From: Marinibacterium sp.
GTDB taxonomy: Bacteria > Pseudomonadota > Alphaproteobacteria > Rhodobacterales > Rhodobacteraceae
DNA length: 64,000 nucleotides
Assembly: GCA_034670145.1 (NCBI GenBank)
Contig: JAXMOA010000021.1
Location: 6,240 to 70,239, forward strand
Reading direction: 5' to 3'
In this document: positions 20,940 through 30,377 of the stretch, in pieces
How the letters are laid out: the number at the start of each line of letters is the position of its first letter
Numbering within the stretch: the first letter of the stretch is position 1
The notes under the pieces: generated by a model
What the model saw: only the letters and a program-made list of their open reading frames with translations
Told to the model about the DNA's origin: nothing
Databases searched by the model: none
Position numbers and translations under genes: made by a program

Positions 20940-22499
20940 TTATTTCATCACTGCGAAACGCGGACGGAATGCGTCATCCGCCGCAATCGGGATATCAACC
21001 TTGTCCGACAGACCCCAGGCCAGAACCTGGTGATGGATCGGCACATAAGGCATGTCTGCCTTGATGATCGTCCAAGCCTCATCAATCATGGCTGTCCGCT
21101 TGTCGATATCGATTTCAGTTGTGATCGCCTTGGTGATCTCATTCACCCGAGCATTGTTATACCCGGTTGCATTCCACGACCCTTCGCCGTCCAGCAGATA
21201 CGAGAACACATAGTGGCTATCCAGCGTCGGCACGCCCCAACCCAGCATATAGAAATCGGTTTCACGTTTCTGGATCTTGGGGAAGTGTTGCGCCTTTGGG
21301 ATCGCATCCAGGTTCACCTTGACGCCAATCTTGGCCAACATCGCCACAGCCGCCTGACAGATCTTTTCGTCATTGTTGTAGCGGTTGTTTGGACAATCCA
21401 GCTGGATCGAGAATCCATCAGGATATCCTGCCTCGGCCAACAGAGCCTTGGCCTTAGCCGCATCGAAACCATAAGATGGATCATTTTCCGGGGTGTTACC
21501 CAGAACGCCTGGTGGGGTGATCATGCTGGTCGGAAAGGACAGCCCCTCCATCACAACCCGCTGGATCGCATCCTTGTCGATCGCAAGGTTGAACGCTTCG
21601 CGCACTTTGACATCTTTGAACGGGTTACCCTCAGCGTCAGACGAGCGCAGCTTGTCTATGCCCTGATCCATCCCGAAAAAGATCGACCGGATCTGCGCGA
21701 CGGTCTTCACGCTCAGCCCATCAGATGCTTCGATACGGCTGACATCCTGCAACGGCGGGTCCAACACAAAATCAACTTCGCCGGACAACAGAGCCGCAAC
21801 CCGCGTGGCCGCATTCGTGATCGGACGATATTCGATCTTGTCCACGTTGCCGGGGAACATGCCTTCGCCCCACCAATCGGGGTTACGCGCCAGAACGGTC
21901 ATTTCGTCCGGTGCCCGGCTGACCAGTGTGAATGGACCAGTGCCGTTGGAATTACGCACCGCGTAGGTTTCTTCCTTGGCTTTGAAATCCTGTGGCGCAA
22001 CAACGTTGTTCGCCTCTGACCAACCCTTGTCCATCATATAAATCGACGTCAGCTGGTTTGGCAGGATTGGGTTCGGACCTTCGGTGACCAGTTTGACCGT
22101 GTAGTCATCGATGATTTCAACCGATGCAACGCTTTTGGCCTGTTCCTTGTAGTCCGAAGCCTCATGCTTGGCGCGTTCAAACGAAAACGCCACATCTTCG
22201 GCGGTAAAATCCGCCCCATCGTGGAATTTCACGCCCTTGCGCAGTTTGAATGTCCAACCATCCGGGCCGGGCTCCCAGCTTTCGGCCAGTTCAGGCTGAA
22301 GCGTCAGGTCCGCATCGCGGGTAACCAGCGACTCATAAATCTGGCCATTCATCGCAATGGTCGGGCCCTCGTTCTGCGAATGAGGGTCCATGGTCAGCGC
22401 ATCACCTTGGCTGGTCCAACGCAAAACGTTCTCTGCCAGCGCAGGGCTTGACACTGTCAAAGCCATGGCCGAAACGGCGAGCAATTTTGTAAATTGCAT
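20940..22499 (-). CDS. ABC transporter substrate-binding protein, family 5 (peptide/nickel)
   Basis: Signal peptide MQFTKLLAVSAMALTVSSPALA. 519 aa, and first gene of the four-gene operon. Confidence 0.88.
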   Translation of the reverse strand: MQFTKLLAVSAMALTVSSPALAENVLRWTSQGDALTMDPHSQNEGPTIAMNGQIYESLVTRDADLTLQPELAESWEPGPDGWTFKLRKGVKFHDGADFTAEDVAFSFERAKHEASDYKEQAKSVASVEIIDDYTVKLVTEGPNPILPNQLTSIYMMDKGWSEANNVVAPQDFKAKEETYAVRNSNGTGPFTLVSRAPDEMTVLARNPDWWGEGMFPGNVDKIEYRPITNAATRVAALLSGEVDFVLDPPLQDVSRIEASDGLSVKTVAQIRSIFFGMDQGIDKLRSSDAEGNPFKDVKVREAFNLAIDKDAIQRVVMEGLSFPTSMITPPGVLGNTPENDPSYGFDAAKAKALLAEAGYPDGFSIQLDCPNNRYNNDEKICQAAVAMLAKIGVKVNLDAIPKAQHFPKIQKRETDFYMLGWGVPTLDSHYVFSYLLDGEGSWNATGYNNARVNEITKAITTEIDIDKRTAMIDEAWTIIKADMPYVPIHHQVLAWGLSDKVDIPIAADDAFRPRFAVMK

Positions 22500-22776
22500 G
22501 ATTTACTCCTTGTTATGTCTGAGCGTCTCTCGAAAACGACATCGCGCTCTTGCTGATGACCATACAGCACAACAGGGCCTCGTAAAGAGCGCAAGGCAAA
22601 GCACCGACATATTCGCGATATGACTTAGGCGGAATGATTGTTTTGCAGGCAAAACACACAAACCGCCTACAGCGCCCCCAAACCACCAGATCCGTCGCAA
22701 CCGGCCCAGCACAACGCCTGATTCAAATAGGCCATTCGGAAAACTTCCGAAATCACCCGCAAAAGGGTCAGATTTC

Positions 22777-24432
22777 TCACGCCAAACGGCTGCTCAAAAG
22801 ATCTCCGGACTTGAGCAGAATAGGCTGGCCAACCATAGAAAACGCCGTATTGATCTGCTTCAGCGCCCGCAACGTTTCCTGATGGATATTGCTCGTCTCA
22901 ATACTCTCCGCCAACCCCTCCCGCAGACGCCCGATGTGGCTGCGCTGCAGCCTTTGCTCAACGTTGCGCACTTGCTCTTTGGCAGCGATCAACTCGCGCG
23001 CCTCAGCCGGGTTCTGGTTCATCATCACATTCAGGGCGAGTTGAACATTGCTTTGAACCCGGTCCGAGAAATCACGAATTTCTCTCCGACCCTGAGGCGA
23101 GAAATGAAGCTTTTGCAGATCCATACGTTTGGCCAATTCCAGCATGGTCCGCGCAATGGCATCAGACGCCGAATCCAGGCTGGTGGAAATAGAGGCGAGT
23201 TCCATTGAACGGCTGCTCAAATCCTCGTCCATCCCTTTTTGACCCAGGCGCGCGAGGTAGAGTTTGATGTCCAGATGGGTCTGTTTGATGGCCTTGTCTT
23301 GTTCGATGATCTGACTGGCGGTGGTCGCATTCCACTGGTCGTACAATGGGTCAACCGCAATCAGCATCCGTTCAATCTTCTGCCCCATACCCAGCAACTC
23401 TCGCGCCGCGCAATCTATCGCACGTTGGGGCCGATCCAACTGCGCCGGATCCAGCGCGCTGGCGACATCCAGCGGAGCAGTTGTGTCGGGTTTTTCACTC
23501 ATGAACCGGGACAGAATTGCCATTGTCGGCCCAACAATCGGAAGAGCCACAAGCGCCAGCAGCAGGTTGAAGGCCAGGTGAAGGTTGATGGTTTGTCGTG
23601 TCGGCGTTGCACCCAAATGGGTCAAAAGCTCTGGCATGGCCGCAACCACCAGACCTGCCAGCGCGGCGCCACCGCCCCGCAGGATCAAGTTTGCCATCAC
23701 CATCTGACGCACAGCCAAGGGCGCCGAATAGGTCAACAGGAAAGCAATCAGCCCCCCACCCAGATTGGCTCCCAGGATCATTGTCGCCGCAGCAGGAACC
23801 GGCAGAATGGACTGCCCCGCCAAGGTGACAAACAACAACACAGCCGCAACACTGGAATGAACGCCCCAGGCAAACAACGCGCCAATAGCAAAGGCCGTCA
23901 GCAAATCACGGCCCAGATAGGCCATGACCGCTTGCGTGCCGGGATTGGATATCATCGGTTCGGTAGCCGCGCGGATCATGTCCAGCGACACAAAAATCAA
24001 CGCAAGTCCAATCATGATACGTCCGACCTGCCGCGCTTTGCTGCCCTCGCCTCGCAGAAAAACCGTCACGCCAATGACCAGCAGCAATGGGATCAAAATC
24101 GGCTGACGCACCATCAACAGCTGCGTCACCACCGCCGAGCCCACATCCGCACCCAACAATATCGCCAGCCCGGTTGCCGTCGCCAGACCACCCTTGGCGA
24201 CAAAATTGGCGACCAGAACGGCCACAGCGGTCGAGCTTTGAAACAGCACAGCCGCCCCCATCCCGGTCCCCGCGGCCAGCAGACGGTTCTTCGCGGAATG
24301 TCGCAGCCAGATGCGCATCGGCGCTGCAAATCCCCGCTCGACCCCAGTGCGCACCAAACGCACAGCCCATATCAACAGGGCAGCGGCCCCAGCGATGTGA
24401 ATGACAATCTGGAGGAGGTGCGGTTCGTTCAA
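22777..24432 (-). CDS. Na/Pi cotransporter family protein with C-terminal PhoU-like domain
   Basis: 551 aa. The N-terminal about 330 aa are polytopic (duplicated Na/Pi-cotransporter repeat). The C-terminal helical region is PhoU-like. Confidence 0.8.
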   Translation of the reverse strand: MNEPHLLQIVIHIAGAAALLIWAVRLVRTGVERGFAAPMRIWLRHSAKNRLLAAGTGMGAAVLFQSSTAVAVLVANFVAKGGLATATGLAILLGADVGSAVVTQLLMVRQPILIPLLLVIGVTVFLRGEGSKARQVGRIMIGLALIFVSLDMIRAATEPMISNPGTQAVMAYLGRDLLTAFAIGALFAWGVHSSVAAVLLFVTLAGQSILPVPAAATMILGANLGGGLIAFLLTYSAPLAVRQMVMANLILRGGGAALAGLVVAAMPELLTHLGATPTRQTINLHLAFNLLLALVALPIVGPTMAILSRFMSEKPDTTAPLDVASALDPAQLDRPQRAIDCAARELLGMGQKIERMLIAVDPLYDQWNATTASQIIEQDKAIKQTHLDIKLYLARLGQKGMDEDLSSRSMELASISTSLDSASDAIARTMLELAKRMDLQKLHFSPQGRREIRDFSDRVQSNVQLALNVMMNQNPAEARELIAAKEQVRNVEQRLQRSHIGRLREGLAESIETSNIHQETLRALKQINTAFSMVGQPILLKSGDLLSSRLA

Positions 24433-24480
24433 TGGCGTGCTTTCTGTGGTTAGGCGGACTAAGACGTTAGGCGAGAGACG

Positions 24481-25272
24481 TCAGAAGGGAAAGGGACCCG
24501 CACCCGAAACGGGACCGATTCGGATCGTTTCAAACCCATCATTCCAACGATGCAGCAGACAACCATCCTGCTGCGCCATAAACCCAACCGGGGCATCCGA
24601 ACGACGATCATAAGCAAAAGTACTGCATGGCGACGGCGCCGAGATGGCAATCTGCCCGGCGACATCCACGACCATCATTTGGTGAATGTGTCCAAAGACC
24701 AACCGCAACGCGCCTGAATACCCCGCCACGATGTCGCGCAGGTCCTCCCGATTGGTCAGACCGATATCGTCCATAAAACCGATGCCACAAGCAAAAGGCG
24801 GATGGTGCAACGCCAAAAGAACTGGCGCGCCATCCGCATCCGTCAATGCATCCTGCAAGAACCGCAACCCATCAGCAGAAAGCGTCCCCTGCCCGCTCCC
24901 TTCAACCAGCGTATCCAACCCGATCAACCGGAGGCCTCCTACCCGGCGACTCCAGTTCAGATCACCGCGTTCAGGAAGCTGCCCAGCAAAGGCTTGGCGC
25001 ATGGGATCGCGGGCATCATGGTTTCCCGGGATGACATAGGTCGCCAGTCCCAAAGGCGCGACGAGCGACTTGAACCTTGCGTAGCTCTCGTCACTGCCGT
25101 CGTCACTGATGTCTCCGCTGACAAGAACCGCATCAACCGGCCCAATCTGGTCGCGGATAGAACTGATCCGACCAACCAGCTGGGCCAATGCCTCTGCCGT
25201 GTCCAGCTGCCCTGACACAAGCGCACCCTCAGCGACGATATGGGTGTCCGTGATCTGCAAAATTGCGGTCAT
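24481..25272 (-). CDS. metallophosphoesterase (GpdQ/CpdA-like phosphodiesterase)
   Basis: Motifs QITDTH, SGDISDDG, GNHD, GHIH. Overlaps the preceding permease gene by 4 nt. Confidence 0.85.
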   Translation of the reverse strand: MTAILQITDTHIVAEGALVSGQLDTAEALAQLVGRISSIRDQIGPVDAVLVSGDISDDGSDESYARFKSLVAPLGLATYVIPGNHDARDPMRQAFAGQLPERGDLNWSRRVGGLRLIGLDTLVEGSGQGTLSADGLRFLQDALTDADGAPVLLALHHPPFACGIGFMDDIGLTNREDLRDIVAGYSGALRLVFGHIHQMMVVDVAGQIAISAPSPCSTFAYDRRSDAPVGFMAQQDGCLLHRWNDGFETIRIGPVSGAGPFPF

Positions 25273-26078
25273 TTGATCCCTGCGCGCAGGAAGGCCTGAA
25301 CAAATTGGCGCTGGAAAATCAAAAACGCAATCAACAGCGGCGCAACCGACATCAGGGTCGCGGCAGAAATGATGCTGATATCAACCCCATTCTCCGGCGC
25401 ACCAAAGATCGACAACCCGACCGTCAACGGACGCGTCTCGGGCGAGTTGGTGACAATCAGCGGCCACAGAAAATTATTCCAATGGGTCGAAACAGACACC
25501 AACGCGTAGGCCAGATATGTGGGTTTGGCCAAGGGCACATAGACCCGCCACAAGATCCCCAACAGACCACAGCCTTCGATACGCGCAGCTTCGTGCAGCT
25601 CAATCGGAACACCTTTGAACGCCTGGCGCATCAAGAATATGCCAAAGGCGCTGGCCATATAAGGCATCCCGACACCCAGGATGGAATCAAACAACCCCAG
25701 ACGGGAAACCATGGCATAGTTTTCCACGATCAGGACTTCCGGCAGAATGAACAACTGCATGAGGACCAGTATGAAAACCAGATCCTTTCCCGGAAACTGC
25801 AACTGCGCAAAGGCGAACCCCGCGAGGGTGGTCAAGACAAACTGACCAATCAGGATCACCGTCACCAACATGAAGGTGTTGACGAAATATTTGACCCAAG
25901 GCGCCCCATTCCAGGCCACGCGGAAATTATCCAGCGTCCAGGGGGAAAAGAGGTTGAGGTTGACGGCATCCGATGTCGAATGCGTCGCAGCCCAAAAAGC
26001 GAACAACAGCGGCGCGATCCAGATAAAGGCCAGCAGGATCGCACCAAAACTGTCCATGAACTTGGTCAGGTTCTTCAT
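25269..26078 (-). CDS. carbohydrate/glycerol-phosphate-type ABC permease (MalG/UgpE-like)
   Basis: Multi-TM. I place the start at ATG 26078 (MKNLTKFMDS...), giving an ATGA overlap with the upstream gene. The ORF-track start at 26204 adds an implausible Cys/Gly-rich extension. Confidence 0.85.
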   Translation of the reverse strand: MKNLTKFMDSFGAILLAFIWIAPLLFAFWAATHSTSDAVNLNLFSPWTLDNFRVAWNGAPWVKYFVNTFMLVTVILIGQFVLTTLAGFAFAQLQFPGKDLVFILVLMQLFILPEVLIVENYAMVSRLGLFDSILGVGMPYMASAFGIFLMRQAFKGVPIELHEAARIEGCGLLGILWRVYVPLAKPTYLAYALVSVSTHWNNFLWPLIVTNSPETRPLTVGLSIFGAPENGVDISIISAATLMSVAPLLIAFLIFQRQFVQAFLRAGIK

Positions 26079-26968
26079 TGGTAATGCGTCCTCTTGTCCA
26101 GGTAAAAGAACTGCACCGCTGCCACGAGCCCCAGCACCGCGATCACCATAATGGTCATCGCCGCCGCACTGGGCGCATCGAAAAAGGCAAATGCCATTTC
26201 CCAAATGTAATAAAGGATCAACTTGGACGCATCCGACGGCCCGCCCTTGGTCAGAATGAACAGATGATCAATTAGCTTGACCGAATTGATCATGGCGTTG
26301 ACGGCGATGAACAATGTGGTTGGCATCAGCAATGGCAATACGATCCGGCGGGTATAGGTCCAGCGGCTGGCCCCTTCGATATCGGCGGCCTCTTTGAGGT
26401 CCTCTGGAATCGTCTGCAAAGCGGCGAGATAGAAGATCATGAAAAACCCCGCCTCCTTCCAGATTGTCACAATTATGATGGCCCACAGCGCGGTTTCTGG
26501 CTGACCCAACCAATTGACCGATGGTAGGCCGAACAGGCTGCCGATCTGATCCAGAACTCCCAGACCCGGTGTGTAAAAGAACAGCCAAAGGTTGGCCGCA
26601 GCAATCATCGGCAAAACGGTCGGCGTAAAATAGGCGGTCCGCACAAAGCCACGCGCCGAGATTTTCGAATTGGCCCAAAGCGCCATCGACAAGGCAATGA
26701 ATATCGACACCGGGATCGTCACACCCGCATACAAAAGGTTGTTCTTGACCACGATCCAAAAGGTCGGGTCGGCGAACAGATCCGTATAATTCTCTGTGCC
26801 AACAAACTCCGCAGGGCGACGACGGGTCCCACGCGAAAACGCGCTAGACCAAAGGGTTGCGATCGACGGATAAAATGCAAACAGAGTCAGAAGCACAGCA
26901 GCAGGCGACAGCAACAGCCAGCCATAAATGGCCTGCCTGCGACGTTCTAGGTTGATATGAGACGACAT
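26075..26968 (-). CDS. carbohydrate/glycerol-phosphate-type ABC permease (MalF/UgpA-like)
   Basis: Multi-TM. Likely start at 26968 (MSSHINLERRRQAIYGWLLLSPA...). Confidence 0.85.
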   Translation of the reverse strand: MSSHINLERRRQAIYGWLLLSPAAVLLTLFAFYPSIATLWSSAFSRGTRRRPAEFVGTENYTDLFADPTFWIVVKNNLLYAGVTIPVSIFIALSMALWANSKISARGFVRTAYFTPTVLPMIAAANLWLFFYTPGLGVLDQIGSLFGLPSVNWLGQPETALWAIIIVTIWKEAGFFMIFYLAALQTIPEDLKEAADIEGASRWTYTRRIVLPLLMPTTLFIAVNAMINSVKLIDHLFILTKGGPSDASKLILYYIWEMAFAFFDAPSAAAMTIMVIAVLGLVAAVQFFYLDKRTHYQ

Positions 26969-27029
26969 GCTGGCTCCGCTTGGCTGGTTCAGGTGGGCCG
27001 ACGCATAATGCATCGGCCCAGGCTGAGGT

Positions 27030-28310
27030 TTACTGGTAGTCCCGCAGCAAACGCACCGCCGCAGCTTGCGCCTCGGCCAAAGCATCAGCCGGCTCTTTCG
27101 CACCGGTCAAAGCGGACTGGATCGCATTGTTCAGGCCATCACGAACACGCGCCGTCTCAAACGTCGAGAATTCGGCAACAGCATTCTCCAGCTGATTGCG
27201 CGCCACCAGGGCCGGTGGAAACTCAGCCGTATAAGCCTTAAGCGCTTCGGTCTCATATGCGGCGGGCGAGACGCCCATATAACCGGTGCCGATGGACCAT
27301 GCCGCAGCCTGTTCAGGCGAGGTCATGAATTGCATCAGCTTGAGCGCTGCCGCCCGTTCTTCTTCGGTGGTGTCCTTGAACATATAGAAGTTACCGCCAC
27401 CGGTTGGCGAACCCTTGCGAACATTGGCTGGCAATTCCGCGACACCAAAATCAAAACTGGCACCTTTTTTCACCGCCGTCAGGTTACCGGTCGAGTGCCA
27501 CATCATCGCTGTCTGACCTTCCAGGAACGCCTGGCGCAATGTGCCCCATTCAACCGTGCCTGTTGGCATGATGCCATGCTCGGTCGACAGCGACTTCCAG
27601 AATTCCAGTGTTTCAACAACCGTCGGATCGTCAAAATATGTGGTCAGCCCATCGCCGGACATCACCTCTTTGCCGTTTTGAATCGCCAGCGCCTGGAACA
27701 TCCAATACGGATACCCGGTCGACGGGATCATCAGGCCATAGGTGTCACCTTTGGTCAAAGCCTTGCCCATCTCGATCATCTCGTCCCAGGTGGTCGGCGG
27801 CGCCTCGGGATCCAGCCCCGCAGCACGGAACAAATCCTTGTTGTAATAGGCAACAATGGTCGAACGCTGGAACGGAATGCCCCATGTCTTGCCCTCGATT
27901 TTCCCGTTCGCCATCAAGGCCGGATAGAAACTGTCCAGCCATGCCTTGTCGGCATCAGTCGTGGCCACGTCCTCGAACGGCAGGATCAGCTCCTGCTCGA
28001 TCAGGTCGTAGGCATCAATCGAGAACATCACAGCCAGTTGCGCCGGCTCACCCGAGGCAAGCGCCGACAGCGCGCGCACACGTGTGTCATCGTAGTTGCC
28101 CGAATAGATCGCATTCACCTTGATGTCAGGGTTTGCGGCCTCAAAATCGGCAACAATGCCATCCACCACTTCGGTCAGCGCCCCACCGACCGCAATCGGG
28201 TAGTACATGGTCAATTCTGTCTCGGCACTGGCAGGTGCAGCCAGACCAACAGCCATCGCAGTGGCCAGCCCCAGCCCCTTGGGCAATAATAGTTTCACGT
28301 CTCTCTCCAT
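27030..28310 (-). CDS. ABC transporter substrate-binding protein, family 1
   Basis: Likely start at 28310 (MERDVKLLLPKGLGLATAMAVGLAAPASA signal peptide). Confidence 0.85.
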   Translation of the reverse strand: MERDVKLLLPKGLGLATAMAVGLAAPASAETELTMYYPIAVGGALTEVVDGIVADFEAANPDIKVNAIYSGNYDDTRVRALSALASGEPAQLAVMFSIDAYDLIEQELILPFEDVATTDADKAWLDSFYPALMANGKIEGKTWGIPFQRSTIVAYYNKDLFRAAGLDPEAPPTTWDEMIEMGKALTKGDTYGLMIPSTGYPYWMFQALAIQNGKEVMSGDGLTTYFDDPTVVETLEFWKSLSTEHGIMPTGTVEWGTLRQAFLEGQTAMMWHSTGNLTAVKKGASFDFGVAELPANVRKGSPTGGGNFYMFKDTTEEERAAALKLMQFMTSPEQAAAWSIGTGYMGVSPAAYETEALKAYTAEFPPALVARNQLENAVAEFSTFETARVRDGLNNAIQSALTGAKEPADALAEAQAAAVRLLRDYQ

Positions 28311-28350
28311 TCGTTGTTTGGTCGTAAAAAGTCCCAGCCGGGTAGCAACC

Positions 28351-29367
28351 CTACCCGGCCAAACGTTGGCCTGCTGCGTCAAAGACATGCAGATTTTCGT
28401 CCAGGAAAGTGATGTCGATCTCGTTGCCTTCCGGCATCATCGACAGGCCTGGTTTCAACACGCACAGCCCTGCGGCCCCCGCGTGATCAAGACCGATCAG
28501 CGTTTCTGCCCCCAGGAATTCACTTTCATTGACAGTGCAACTCATTCGCCCTTCGCCCTTGGGGACGATGCTGATGTTTTCGGCGCGAATGCCGATGGTC
28601 TTGTCCGTGCCAAAACCACTCAGAACCGTAGAGTCGATCAACGCCATCGGGGGCGCTCCCACGAACTCCGCGACAAAGGTATTGCTTGGTCTGCCATACA
28701 GATCCTCTGGCGCCCCGACCTGCTGGATGTGCCCATCCTTCATCAGCACAACCGTATCGGCCATGCTCATCGCTTCGGTCTGGTCGTGCGTGACGTAAAC
28801 GACCGTAATACCCAGATCTCTTTGCAGTTTCTTGATATCCTTGCGAACGGCATTGCGCAGCTTCGCGTCCAGGTTGGACAAAGGTTCATCCATCAGGCAC
28901 AGGCGTTGCCCTGCAACAATCGCCCGGGCCAGAGCGACACGTTGGCGTTGCCCGCCAGAAAGTTCACCGGGCTTGCGATCTTCAAGACCCAGCAGCCCGG
29001 TAATTTCCAGCGCGCGGTGCAATTTCTTCTGACGCTCAGCCTTTGCTACCCGCCGGACCTTCAGGCCGAACACCACGTTCTCAGCCACAGAAAGATGCGG
29101 GAAAAGCGCATAAGACTGAAACACCATCGACAGGTTCCGATCCGATGCGGCGCTTGTCGTGACATCCTTGTTGTCGATCAGGATCTTGCCCTCATCCGGC
29201 AATTCCAACCCGGCCAACAACCGCAACGTGGTAGATTTCCCGCACCCGGACGGGCCCAGCAACGCCGTAAAGCTGCCTTCCGTAATGTCGAGCGTGATAC
29301 CCTCTACACCAAGCTGACCATTCCAGCGTTTTGCCACGCCGTCGAGTTTCACAAACGGAGTCGTCAT
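28351..29367 (-). CDS. ABC transporter ATP-binding protein (MalK/UgpC-like)
   Basis: Walker A GPSGCGKST, signature LSGGQRQRVALAR, and a C-terminal MalK-type regulatory domain. Confidence 0.92.
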   Translation of the reverse strand: MTTPFVKLDGVAKRWNGQLGVEGITLDITEGSFTALLGPSGCGKSTTLRLLAGLELPDEGKILIDNKDVTTSAASDRNLSMVFQSYALFPHLSVAENVVFGLKVRRVAKAERQKKLHRALEITGLLGLEDRKPGELSGGQRQRVALARAIVAGQRLCLMDEPLSNLDAKLRNAVRKDIKKLQRDLGITVVYVTHDQTEAMSMADTVVLMKDGHIQQVGAPEDLYGRPSNTFVAEFVGAPPMALIDSTVLSGFGTDKTIGIRAENISIVPKGEGRMSCTVNESEFLGAETLIGLDHAGAAGLCVLKPGLSMMPEGNEIDITFLDENLHVFDAAGQRLAG

Positions 29368-30143
29368 GTTACATTCCCTTCGGCCACCAGTAGCCGGTCG
29401 TTGATCTTGGTCAGCAGGCCTTCAAACCGGTCGCCTGGTCGTCGGTCGATAATGATCTGGTCAATGTCGGCGATATTGCCCCCCAAAGCAGGCGCCTGAC
29501 GTCCAAATTTCGAACCGTCGATCACAAGCAGCGACTGTCCCGCGTTTTCACAAATCTTTTGTGTCGCCCGGACTTCAGTTGTGTGAAATTCCAAAAGACC
29601 CCCATCGTCGGCGATGCCCGCGGCCCCGAAAACAGCAAAATCCGCCCGAAAGCGCCCAAAGAAATCCAGAACCTCGTTGCCCATGATATCCCGATCCGGC
29701 AAACGCACTTCGCCTCCGGGCAGGATGATCCGGTTGGAAACATCCTCGCTCAACGCCATCGCCGCACTCAGATTGTTGGTAATAACCGTCAGACCTTTGT
29801 GGGAACGCAACGCCTGGGCGACACTCAACGGGGTCGAACCGATGGAAATGAACAGCGTAGAGCCATCAGGTATCAGCTTTGCCGCCGCCTCCCCTATCGC
29901 ACGCTTGCCCATAAGGTTGGTGCCCGCCCGTTGATCAAATGGCGTATTCAGAAACTCTTCGCTCAGCTCAATCCGGCCATGGACGCGGTGCAGCATGTCG
30001 CTTTCACACAACGCATCCACATCGCGGCGAATGGTCTGCATGGACATATCAAAACGCTCCGCCAAAGAGCCAACAGTCACCGCGCCTCGCTCAAAGACCA
30101 GAGCCGAGATCGCCTTGCGCCGTCTGTGCTTCTTTGATGACAT
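29364..30143 (-). CDS. DeoR/GlpR-family transcriptional regulator
   Basis: I place the start at ATG 30143 (MSSKKHRRRKAISALVFERGAVTVGSLAERFDMSMQTIRRDVDAL...), preceded by GGGGGTGGG. Its stop overlaps the ATPase start by 4 nt. Confidence 0.85.
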   Translation of the reverse strand: MSSKKHRRRKAISALVFERGAVTVGSLAERFDMSMQTIRRDVDALCESDMLHRVHGRIELSEEFLNTPFDQRAGTNLMGKRAIGEAAAKLIPDGSTLFISIGSTPLSVAQALRSHKGLTVITNNLSAAMALSEDVSNRIILPGGEVRLPDRDIMGNEVLDFFGRFRADFAVFGAAGIADDGGLLEFHTTEVRATQKICENAGQSLLVIDGSKFGRQAPALGGNIADIDQIIIDRRPGDRFEGLLTKINDRLLVAEGNVT

Positions 30144-30184
30144 CCCACCCCCGAACCTGCGTCCTGCGCAACGGTAGGTGGGAT

Positions 30185-30307
30185 AAAACAACAAAACAAC
30201 ATTTATTTTGTCACTTTGCACCAAAATTGAGCAATAAACAAACGTAAACCCCCAATTTTCCACCCAATTTTGACTCCATTTTCTCAAATTTGGCATTTTG
30301 TTGTTTT
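30185..30307. promoter_or_regulatory. 12-bp perfect inverted repeat pair bracketing the DeoR / HAD divergent promoter region
   Basis: AAAACAACAAAA (30185-30196) and TTTTGTTGTTTT (30296-30307) are 99 bp apart in an AT-rich intergenic region. There is also a direct ccaatttt x2. Confidence 0.4.
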
Positions 30308-30377
30308 CGCTTTCACTCCGGCCACATTCCTTTAAACTGTGCGCCAAGGGACCCAGCTCCAAATGAAACGGGGAAGA

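Noticed and set aside
22639-22749. Two small palindromes between the Na/Pi gene and the peptide ABC operon: TGTTTTGC-ag-GCAAAACA at 22639-22656, and TTCGGAA-aac-TTCCGAA at about 22733-22749.
   Set aside because: They are short, have loops too small or lack an adjacent T-tract, and have no obvious partner regulator. They could be a weak terminator or operator, but support is insufficient for a feature call.
26075-27103. N-terminal extensions given by the ORF track for several genes. Examples: 26075..27103, 25269..26204, 27030..28388, 29364..30437, 30339..31262, 38624..39592, 40068..41441, 53726..54664, 53311..53676.
   Set aside because: The extensions overlap upstream genes or intergenic DNA, look non-protein-like, and precede internal starts that have better Shine-Dalgarno sequences or signal peptides. 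I reported the shorter coordinates.
30201-30230. A Pho-box-like sequence (TTGTCAC-tttg-CACCAAA) upstream of the DeoR-led transporter/phosphodiesterase operon.
   Set aside because: Only the first half-site resembles CTGTCAT (5/7). The second half-site matches at about 3/7. This is not enough to call PhoB control.
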